A stretch of DNA of 64,000 nt, from positions 8,432,001-8,496,000 of the forward strand of contig NC_079170.1 of NCBI RefSeq assembly GCF_947568905.1, written 5' to 3'. The translations under genes were made by a program, and so were the position numbers. This document shows positions 38,201-50,300 of the stretch, in pieces. Position 1 is the stretch's first letter. Each line of letters opens with the position of its first letter. The DNA is from Ostrea edulis. Its lineage: Eukaryota. The notes under the pieces are model-generated. The model was not told the origin of the DNA, searched no databases, and was given only the letters and a program-made list of their open reading frames with translations.

Positions 38201-41200
38201 GCAAGTGGAATGTGAAGTGTACGTATATGTATGTGAAATTTTTACCATTTTTTAAATAGGTCTTTTGGGGGTCATGGATAAACATATACATGGTGGTAGG
38301 TACAGGTGACATTTGAAATCTCGAAAGTCCACAGGACCATAAAAAAACTTCACTATCTTCATGAGGTTCAGGTTTTTTTGAGAATTTGGAAATTTGTTCT
38401 TCATCAAGCAGTTCCGAATTATGTAATAAGTGGAACTCTGTTACATTGTGTAAGGGTGGTAAAATTTATGTATTTTTTTTTCTTTTGAGTAATATACTTA
38501 AATCTTAAAGCTTTGTATTTCATCTAAAATGTAAGGATGAAAAAACTGATTAATTATGTAAAATACTGTATAACCCGTAAAAATTGTATATTTATGTCTC
38601 GTCCTCCATCCTGAAGAAAGATATTATTGTCTTAGTTTGATTTCTTCTTTTTCCTGTAAATCTTGTCGTATCTTTCTATTTTGATTTCTTCTTTTTCCTG
38701 TAAATCTTGTCGTATCTTTCTTACTATTTCTCGAAGGATTTTTTTATTTGACATGGATTTGTACAGTATTGTATATTGTCATGTACCTTCATATGACCTT
38801 GTATAGTGATCTCAATGTCAAATTACTAGTAAAATTTAGTGAATCTTGTCCACTTACACCATATTTCTCCTTGAATTCTGATATTTTGCATGCAAATGCA
38901 TTGTCATATGAAAATGTGCATCATTTAAACATACAATGTATGTACTGATTTCAAGGTCAAATTACCAACATGATTTATATGCAAAATAACTCTTATCATA
39001 GAGAGAGGCATTGAGGGCTGACTTCCTGTAACAATAATTAGTTATAACTAAAAAAAATGTCATATATTGAAATGGAATGCTAAAAGTTGATGTCTGAGTT
39101 TCAATTGTTGTATTTCTGCAGTTTTTATTTAATTTTTAAAAATTGTCAAAAGATGTTTTGTAATAAATCCTGTAGATTTCGTAAGTAAAACAATAATGAT
39201 TTTTCAAGCAAAAGATCTTTTTAAATGAGATACATGTAGCTGAAAAAATGAAAGTTGTTTCAATAATTGCACTATACTGTAGGTCACTTGAGAAGTCCCT
39301 ATCCTAGTTGGCATGTGAGACGACAAGTCATTGCTAATTAGGTCCTAGTAAGCTGTCAAACCACTTTTTATTGGCAGGTGTAAACAGTAACATTCGGGGT
39401 ATCAAGAATAAATTTCAGAGAATTATATATAGAGGAATTTCAATTTTACTTATGAGTTTCTAAGATTTAGAAAAAGGGAATAAATTTGCTTATTTATATA
39501 TGGGGGAAAATCGGAGCAGGAAGTTATTTCCTAGAGATCGAAGTTTGAGCTATCGAGAATCACATGTATTGCCAGGTAATGCATTTAATAAGTTGTTGTT
39601 AAAACTCTTTTTCAGTCAAAAATGATGATGTGCCTTCTTGAGAAGTTAGCAGAGTTCATGGAGAATGAAGAGTAAGATTCTGATTTATGTAATATTATAA
39701 AATGAGAGTTTGTGTTGGGATAAGTACAGTAGTACTGTTAATGACCGTGTTCTGATTTTCAGTTGTACTGTTAATGACCGTGTTCTGATTTTCAGTTGTA
39801 CTGTTAATGACCGTGTTCTGATTTTCAGTAGTATTGTTAATGACCGTGTTCTGATTTTCAGTTGTACTGTTAATGACCGTGTTCTGATTTTCAGTAGTAC
39901 TGTTAATGACCGTGTTCTGATTTTCAGTTGTACTGTTAATGACTGTTTTGATTTTCAGTAGTATTGTTAATGACTGTGTTCTGATTTTCAGTTGTAATGT
40001 TAATGACCGTGTTCTGATTTTCAGTTGTACTGTTAATGACCGTGTTCTGATTTTCAGTAGTACTGTTAATGATCGTGTTCTGATTTTCAGTTGTACTGTT
40101 AATGACTGTTTTGATTTTCAGTAGTACTGTTAATGACCGTGTTCTGATTTTCAGTTGTACTGTTAATGACCGTGTTCTGATTTTCAGTAGTATTGTTAAT
40201 GACCGTGTTCTGATTTTCAGTTGTACTGTTAATGACCGTGTTCTGATTTTCAGTAGTACTGTTAATGACCGTGTTCTGATTTTCAGTTGTACTGTTAATG
40301 ACCGTGTTCTGATTTACAGTTGTACTGTTAATGACCGTGTTCTGATTTTCAGTTGTACTGTTAATGACCGTGTTCTGATTTTCAGTTGTACTGTTAATGA
40401 CCGTGTTCTGATTTTCAGTTGTACTGTTAATGACTGTTTTGATTTTCAGTAGTATTGTTAATGACGGTGTTCTGATTTTCAGTTGTAATGTTAATGACCG
40501 TGTTCTGATTTTCAGTTGTACTGTTAATGACCGTGTTCTGATTTTCAGTAGTATTGTTAATGACCGTGTTCTGATTTTCAGTTGTACTGTTAATGACCGT
40601 GTTCTGATTTTCAGTAGTACTGTTAATGACCGTGTTCTGATTTTCAGTTGTACTGTTAATGACCGTGTTCTGATTTACAGTTGTACTGTTAATGACCGTG
40701 TTCTGATTTTCAGTTGTACTGTTAATGACCGTGTTCTGATTTTCAGTTGTACTGTTAATGACCGTGTTCTGATTTTCAGTTGTACTGTTAATGACCGTGT
40801 TCTGATTTACAGTTGTACTGTTAATGACCGTTTTGATTTTCAGTAGTATTGTTAATGACCGTGTTCTGATTTTCAGTTGTACTGTTAATGACCGTGTTCT
40901 GATTTTCAGTAGTATTGTTAATGACCGTGTTCTGATTTTCAGTAGTACTGTTAATGACCGTGTTCTGATTTTCAGTTGTACTGTTAATGACCGTGTTCTG
41001 ATTTTCAGTTGTATTGTGGAGCACGGCGAGAAGGTGAATCTCCCCAAGTTACTGATGAGTCAGTTTCGATGGCTAGACAGAATTCTGGACAGTAAGGTAA
41101 AATCTAGTGAGGTTTATGCCTATCACCAAACTTTGTTGATTTTCATACTCTTGATAAAAAGAAAAAGAAATTCCCAAATCATGAATTTACAACAAATTTC

Positions 41201-44200
41201 ACCATTTCGTCAGCTTTCTTGTACCTTGATTAAAGTTTGCATGTTGAATGAATTGGAGACTTAGTGGAAATACAATCGCATTAGTTGATGTATGACATTT
41301 GGATATACATGTACATGTATGCAGGAATTGGCGGATAAGATGCTGGAGATGATCACGATCGTGTCTGTCGACATCCAGAGGGAGATAATTTCCTGTCTAC
41401 CAGAAGTGGTAGAGGACTCAGAACATAGCCATGTTGCAACTTCACTCAGGTAGATATGTAGTGAATAATTGTGCACAGGTAAAAGTTGCAATATTATACA
41501 GGTTATTTGTGCACAATGTTTTTGTACATTTTGTAATGTGTAACACACAGAAGTATAAGTTACAAACTGCAAGTTTAGCCGGTTTGTTCAGGTTATATAA
41601 CTTGTATTATTCGTGCAACTACCCTCATTACTTACTCAATGAACAGATTTTTGTGATGTACGTAAATCTATACAAGAATCGGGATCCGTCACACTGGCAG
41701 AGCAGAGGAGTGTCTGAGTGATCAGGATCTGCTATTTTCATATGTGTATAACGATTCTTGAAAGTAGGATTGAATGAGAAGAATGTGAGCTTCAGAATTA
41801 TAGAATTATGAATTAAACCCATTTAGCAGAAGATGAGGAGGCCTTGAGTACTTTTGTATACAAACCTGTCTTGTGTTTCCCAGGGACTTACTAATGGAGA
41901 ATAGCAGTCTCACGGTACCCATACTAGATGCATTCTCTAACCTCAATCTGAATCCAGAACTGATGGCTGAGGTAAAACCCTGGTATTGTTTCTTGGGATG
42001 TATTCTGTTTTCTGTTGAGTCAAAGTTTTATGCACCTTACAGACTCATTTATGTCTCACACCTGTAAGTTGAAATGCGTCTTGTAAAGATATTTTGGGGG
42101 AAATTTTAAAAGAATTTGGGACTTGTAAATAAACCGTATTCATCAATATCTAGGACAGATTTATTTTATGTTGTGGATTTTTGTAAAGAATGAAATGTAC
42201 ATGTATGAGGGATGAGTATTATGTTACGTGTAGGTTCGGGGATCCGTGCTGCAGACTTTGGCGTCAGTGGACTTGGAGAATTTACCTGTGGTTGTCAGAT
42301 TTCTTCTTCAGTCGGTCACCGTAGCAGATGCTCTGGAGGTAACAAGCATTTTATATCATAGTCATTGTAGTAAAGCACTATAATGTGATCAGGTCATATC
42401 TTCTTAAGTTTATTGACGTAGTATTGTATATATATCCTAAATTACTTAAGTGTGTTGTTGAAAAATAGTTGAACAGAGAAAACTGAAGTTTATCTATTGA
42501 CATAGTATTGTATATATCCTAAATGACTTTACTTTATATTTGTTGAAAAGTAGTTGCACAGAGAAAACTGGAAAATCAGTGACAAATGAATTTTCAGAAG
42601 TTGGAAACTCAAAGTAACCGTGTTGATGTTTGTAGGTTGTCAGTGAGATCCGACAAAATTTGGATTTTGCTCCTAGCTTTCCCTCAGCCACATCAACCCC
42701 AAGGAATGAGAGGAGGTAGGAGGTTTTATACTCTACATGTAGCTCAGGAATTCTCCTAATTTTATTGTGAGGGCACCCCTGTATTGAACTGTTTAAATTT
42801 TCAGACAGTTGTCAGGTGATGAAACACGAGGAGTAGAATCGTTAACGCTGGACGCCATTAAATCCGGGATCAGGTTCCAGAAGAGCGTTGCTGAGGCGTG
42901 GATTAAGGTTGGGATTTTCAATCCCCCCTCCCCCCCCCTCCAACCCCCCCCCCAAAATATTGCAGAAGGAGAAAGAAAAGATTTTGTTTTCAATATTATT
43001 TCCATTTTGTTGCTGAGTAGAATAACTTTCAAATAATAGAAAAATACAATACACTGTACAAAGTAACCTGAATATATTCAGTGTGGACACATTGACCAAT
43101 CAGATCTGAGGAAAAATCTGCCCTGTACATTTATGTTGAACAGTGTAGAGTGTGTTTGATTCTTGCATACACTGTACCTTTTTGTATATTGATAAGAAAT
43201 GTGCGTGCTGTAGAAGTATACTGTATAGTTAGCTGTTATTATATTACTCCTCAAAGGAGTGCGTAAATTTTAAATTAGTCCAGTTTAAGATTTAGTGGGA
43301 CTTGGTAGAAAAGAAAATGTTCTTATAACTACGTGATTGAATGTACATGTAATTGCCTGTACAGTTGTATAAAGTATTGAGAATATTTATTATCTGTTTG
43401 CAGGCTATAGATGCCGTCAAGCAGCCGGCCGATCACAAAGTGATAGACCTGTTTATATTGCTGATTCTGTATTCAACTGATCGTAAGAAACCCGTGGAGA
43501 GCCTCACCAGAAATAAGATCCGGTCAGGGGCTTTCACTGAGGTCCTGCTGCAGGAGGCCTTCAGAGAGAGGGCGCAGGTGCTTGTTTTCCTCTTCTTGAA
43601 AAAATCTGTGATTGCTCGACATTCTTACTCATTTAATAAATGGGATTTTGATTCCTGAATGATTGTATTAATTCATTTGTCCGTAATTGTAAATTGCATA
43701 TAGACTAGTTACTGTATAAGTGGAGTACGACACATGTACTGATAAATCCAGCCATGTGTCAGGTGAGCTGTGTAGGCTGTGGGTCTCTAGTGTTAATCCC
43801 CCTGTACTCGGTTTGTAGGCTGTGGGTCTCTAGTGTTAATCCCCCTGTACTTTGTTTGTAGGCTGTGGGTCTCTAGTGTTAATCCCCTGTACTTGGTTTG
43901 TAGGCTGTGGGTCTCTAGTGTTAATCCCCCTGTACTCGGTTTGTAGGCTGTGGGTCTCTAGTGTTAATCCCCCTGTACTTTGTTTGTAGGCTGTGGGTCT
44001 CTAGTGTTAATCCCCTGTACTTGGTTTGTAGGCTGTGGGTCTCTAGTGTTAATCCCCCTGTACTCGGTTTGTAGGCTGTGGGTCTCTAGTGTTAATCCCC
44101 TGTACTTAGTTTGTAGGCTGTGGGTCTCTAGTGTTAATCCCCTGTACTTGGTTTGTAGGCTGTGGGTCTCTAGTGTTAATCCCCTGTACTCGGTTTGTAG

Positions 44201-45524
44201 GCTGTGGGACTCTAGTGTTAATCCTCCTGTACTTGGTTTGTAGGCTGTGGGTCTCTAGTGTTAATCCCCTGTACTCGGTTTGTAGGCTGTGGGTCTCTAG
44301 TGTTAATCCCCTGTACTCGGTTTGTAGGCTGTGGGTCTCTAGTGTTAATCCCCTGTACTCGGTTTGTAGGCTGTGGGTCTCTAGTGTTAATCTCCCTGTA
44401 CTTGGTTTGTAGGCTGTGGGACTCTAGTGTTAATCCCCCTGTACTCGGTTTGTAGGCTGTGGGTCTCTAGTGTTAATCCCCTGTACTCGGTTTGTAGGCT
44501 GTGGGTCTCTAGTGTTAATCCCCCTGTACTTGGTTTGTAGGCTGTGGGCCTCAAGTGTTAATCCCCCTGTACTTTGTTGATTTCCAGGTGATGAGGGACT
44601 ACTTCCCTGCCATTCTGTCTCTGGCTGAGGTCCTGCTTCGTTCTCCAGAACCAGCCATCACATTCTTCGCTGCTTCCATGTACAAGAATGGATTTGTAGC
44701 TTTTGACACATATTGTCAGCAGGTTAGAATTTCAGTCCTTTGTTTTGGGAGAAAGTCTGCTTTAGAAAGATATTTGAAAAGGGCTTTCTGGGGCCTATAA
44801 GACTTCAAATATTTTAAAGAAAGACTTAGTGTTCTTTTATATCAGAAAAGAGATGATGTCCTATACACTTTCACATAATTTGTCTCTGATATTTCTAGTT
44901 ACTGTATTTGGAGTACCTAACATTCTATTTTCTTCACTCAGGTGTGCTGAAGAAATGACATGAAGCAATCAACTATCAATGACAAATGTATATTTAGGTA
45001 TGCATGTCCTGATTTCCTCAGTCTGTTTATTTCTCTTATTTCCAGGAGATAGTGGGAAACCTGGTGACACACTTTGGCAGTGGGTTTGAGGGGGAGACAG
45101 ATTCCTCCCTGGATATTCTGTATCAGCTGGTGGATAAACATCTCGACAAAATGGCTCCTTTTGCGATCTTTGTGAAGGTGATTTTATTTGCAGTTCATGT
45201 AAAGATTGAAGACAAGGGGTATATTTTTGGTGTGTTTGTCTCACATTCTATTATGATGATAACTTTGGAGCTAAACATGATCAAGGAAAAGTCAAAGCTG
45301 TTGTTTTTGTCCTGTCTCATTCTGTCATTCTGTTATTTTGTCTGAAACTTTAACCTTGATAATAACTTTTAAACAGTAAGTGCTAGAGCTTTGATATTTC
45401 ACATTAGCATTCCTTGTCACAAAACCGTTCTGTGGGTACCAACATTTTTGGCCCTGTGACCTTGACCTAGGAGTTTGACCTACCTTTTGAAACATTTAAC
45501 CTTGCTAATAACTTTTGAATAATA

Positions 45525-45563
<39 letters not shown>

Positions 45564-45623
45564 TGCAAGACCTTTCTGTGGGTACCAACATTTGTTTACC
45601 CTTGACCTTGGAGTTTGACCTAC

Positions 45624-45655
<32 letters not shown>

Positions 45656-45665
45656 AAACAGTAAG

Positions 45666-45702
<37 letters not shown>

Positions 45703-45770
45703 GACAAGACTTTTGTCGTGGGTATCAACATTTCTTACCCTGTGACCTTGACCTAGGAGTTTGACCTACC

Positions 45771-45806
<36 letters not shown>

Positions 45807-45810
45807 ATTA

Positions 45811-45849
<39 letters not shown>

Positions 45850-46195
45850 TGCAAGACCTTTCTGTGGGTACCAACATTTGTTTACCCTTGACCTTGGAGT
45901 TTGACCTACTTTCGAAAACTTTAACCTTGCTATAAGTGCTAGAGCTTTGGTATTTCACATGAGTATTTCTTGTGACAAGACCTTTCCATGGGAACAAAAA
46001 TGTTTGACCCAGTGACCTTGACCTTGGAGTTAGACCTACTTTTAAAAAAATTGACATTCGTCATAATTTCTAAATGGTGAATTTATATTTAGAGATTTCA
46101 TATTGCACATGAGCGTTTCTTGTCACAAGATCTTTCTACTGGTACCAAGATATTTGTCCTTGTGACATTGGCCATCTTTAGAATTGGCCATTATT

Positions 46196-46228
<33 letters not shown>

Positions 46229-47276
46229 GATTTAGTGTGAGTGTTTCAAGTTTCTTTTTTTTATGTTTAGGTGGTTTTAGATTACCTGGATAATCTAGGT
46301 GTTCCTCAGATCAGGAAGTTGTACTCCCTACTGAGTACGCTGGCATTCAGAAGTTCCCAGGGAGGGAATATGATACAGGTAAGGAAAAGGAAATAACAGC
46401 GTCACTCGTGTTGAAATGTGGAGAGAGTCAAAGTTTAGGTAGTCTTTCACCAAAATTGTGAATTTGATGATCCCCAGAGTTAGGGTTCTGACCCCAGGGT
46501 TGGGCCAAACTTAGTATATAGTATTCATGTGTAAGTATACTGATACTGTATAAATTCTAAGTGCATACTTAGGAATAGCAGAAAAGGATGTACAGAAAAT
46601 GGTGAATTTCACAACCCAGGGTTTTGACTCTAGGATGAGTCCAAATTGGTCATATCTTTTAATGTTTTGATATTGATACACATATTATGTAAAGGCTTTC
46701 ATCAGTGTATTAGCTTAGATATTCAGAACAAAATTTTGTTTTCTAGATTTCATAACCCTTGAGAGTAGTGATACTTTTTCACTAGTACTCAGGTGACCGA
46801 TAAGGCCTGTGGGAGTAGTAATACTTTTTCACTAGTACTCAGGTGACCGATAAGGCCTGTTAATGTGTAAATTAATGAAAATGTGCATGACCTTAGTCTG
46901 AGGTGAAATTTATCGCACTGGTCAGATGTCTTGTGCTTTTGGGAAACACTCTTTGTGATGATTCAACTGTAAAAACAAATCACAGAAAGAAAAAAATCTA
47001 CATACAATAGCATTACGGGTATACACACAATATCATTATGGGTATGCATTAAATGTACAAGTTGGGTGCCAGTACATGCACATGAATGAATTCCCTGTTT
47101 GATGTTTTCTTTTGACAGGATGACCTTCACATCATAATCAGGAAACAGCTGTCTAATGACAACCCTAAGTAAGTAACATTAAGAGGTACAGTTCAGTAAC
47201 CATTGTATTAGTAACAAAAATGGCCCTCTCTCTTACCCACTGTTTTCGTTCATTTCCCTGGTTTTTATTTTTATAC

Positions 47277-47313
<37 letters not shown>

Positions 47314-50300
47314 CAACAAGTTGTGGGGGGGGGGGGTGTTATACTGGAATCGGGTTGTCCGTCTGTCTGTCCGTCCGTCTGTAGATGCAATGGTTTCCGG
47401 GCTCTAAAGCGTTATCCTTTCCACCTACCGTCACCATATCATATATATGGACTACCCATGGGATGAAGATGTTCCCTATCGATTTTGGGGTCCAAAGGTC
47501 AAGCGCACTGGACACCGAAGTAGCAATATGGTTTCCGGGCTCTAAAGCGTTATCCTTTCCACCTACCGTCACCACATCATACATATGGACTACCCATGGG
47601 ATGAAGATGTTCCCTATCGATTTTGGGGTCCAAAGGTCACGTGCACTGGACATCAAAGTTGCAATATGGTTCGGTTTGTCATGCCATTTGTTTTTTACAC
47701 TCAGAAAAGAGGTAGTTTATACCTATTACCAACACCCTTTGGGAGATTGGGGTAAGCGGGGGATATTCTTAGTGAGCATTGCTCACAGTACCTCTTGTTT
47801 TAAAATCAGAATACATTTTTATTCCCCTGTTGCAGGGATATAGAAGCTTGGCTGTACATAAGTGCACGTGTCTGGAAAAAATGTTAACACCATAGAAAGA
47901 ACAACTATTAAAGATATTGTCACAAGTTTAAACAGTGAGAGGTCAAGGTCACTGCCAGTGATTGAATATAACAATGGTGTGGACTCAATACGAACATTAC
48001 CACTCCAGGCTTAGATTTCTTGAAGAAATCTCAAAATTAAGTAGTTTGTCCCTCCCACTTTCAATTTACAATGTTATTGTATGTAACAAGAGTAAGGAAA
48101 CAACTTATTGATATCTAGGTCAAGGACATATTAATTTAAAGTTGATATTGAGTATAATATCCAATAGATATTGCAAAGTTGCAAGGGAATGCTCCACTTG
48201 GCAGAGCCCTGGTGAAAATAGTGATTAAGTTGTGATAACTGTCAAAGTTTTAGTTGGAGTTTTGCATTATTGCATCCTATTTTTAATAGAAAGAAAAATC
48301 TATTGTGAAATGTTTATTTTATTTTTCAGGTACAAGAGAATGGGTATTATTGGAGCTGTCATGGTGGTAAAAAGCATTGCATACAATCAGTAAGTGTAGT
48401 TCAGTATCAGGTATAAACCTCACACAGTGTATATATTGACTATCATATCAGTCTAAACATTATCAGTTATAAACCTCACATACAGTATATATATTGACTA
48501 TCATATCAGTCTAAACATTATCGGGTATAAACCTCACACAGTATATATATTGACTATCATATCAGTCTGAACATTATCAGGTATAAACCTCACACAGTGT
48601 ATATATTGACTATCATATCAGTCTGAACATTATCAGTTATAAACCTCACATACAGTGTATATATTGACTATCATATCAGTCTGAACATTATCAGGTATAA
48701 ACCTCATGTACAGTCTGAACATTATCAGGTATAAACCTCACGTACAGTCTAAACATTATCAGGTATAAACCTCACGTACAGTCTAAACATTATCAGGTAT
48801 AAACCTCACATACAGTCTAAACATTATCAGTTATAAACCTCGCATACAGTATATATATTGACTATCATATCAGTCTAAACATTATCAGGTATAAACCTCA
48901 TGTACAGTCTAAACATCGGGTATAAACCTCACACAGTATATATATTGACTATCATATCAGTCTGAACATTATCAGGTATAAACCTCACACAGTGTATATA
49001 TTGACTATCATATCAGTCTAAACATTATCAGGTATAAACCTCACATACAGTGTATGTATTGACTATCATATCAGTCTAAACATTACTGAAAAAGAAAAAA
49101 TCTATTCTGGATAACTTGAGATTCAGTGGACGAGTTGATTATTTTCCATATTTAACCAAAGTTCAAAATAAACAAAGTAGACTTTTATCATCCATTTAGG
49201 AAAAATAAATTTTTGATTTTGATGAAAATCTAATGAACACATGCCAACATTATTATACATGGAATGAAATCATGTTGAGCCCCTTGTAATGATCAGCATC
49301 AGAATTCACAATATGGCATCCATGCCTGTTTTACTTGTCAAAGTTGGTTATCGATCATTAAACAACAAAACTTAATTTCGAATTGAGTTGTTATGCATAA
49401 ATTACGCTGTCATGAAATAATGTCATGTGACATCTTTGGAAATGATGTCACTATATGTTTGGGTCGTGTTTCCATTTTGTTGCTATGGCAATATTACCCT
49501 GTTGTGCAAAGTTCATAGTTTCTTTAGAGTCATTCATCAATTTACATCAAATTTTATATTACTAAATTAGATTATAAGGAATGAAAGTATTTTCAGCGTA
49601 TTTTATACAATAGGATTGATTGATTTTATAGTGTTTAGTGTCTCTCGAGAGAATTTTTCGCTCATATGGAGACTTGTACAATAGGAAGTAAGTTGGGATT
49701 ATAGAAATGATCGATCATCTGAGAAACCTTGTCTTATAGTCCTTTTAGTCCAAGGAAGGACTGGAAGTGATACATGGCAAATGCTTACTGAAACTACAGA
49801 CTATTTTTGCTCATTCTTTGCTAATCATTTATTTCTATAAATTATATCTTAATTGACATAGGCACATAAACATTTGACCTCCTCTGATTTGTGTGAAATG
49901 ACATCACTAGTTTACAGTGCATGCTGGGAAAGTTATTGCATGATAAATCCTATTGGTTGACGTGGGTATCTGGATCTTTAAAAAGTCTGAACTTGTAATC
50001 TCTCAAAAGTTTTTCCAAGATCTCCGGGATTGTATTCTAGAGTCACCTGTATATATACGTGTGGTTTCTAAGACTTAGTATGTCCAGAAAATTTTGTATT
50101 TTCTGTTTTGTTAATTAGAAATGGAGATGGTGACCCTAGCCAGGCCCCAGCAGGTCCCCTGACAGAGAGCCTGTATATATATGTATTTTCTGTTTTGATA
50201 ATTAGAAATGGAGATGGTGACCCTAGCCAGGCCTCATCAGGTCCCCTGACAGAGAGCCTGTATAAACAGGTTATAAACTTGTTACAACTAGTGAGAACCA

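Noticed and set aside
40427-41047. Minus-strand ORF (NTTENQNTVI)n resembling a mucin or antifreeze repeat
   Set aside because: Antisense translation of the 33-bp intronic array.
47339-47843. ORFs with 46-aa repeats
   Set aside because: They derive from the 138-bp central repeats of a HINE-like non-coding element.
19423-49086. CRISPR-like appearance of the 33-48-bp repeat arrays
   Set aside because: Units are directly adjacent with no unique spacers, there are no cas genes, and the context is eukaryotic introns.
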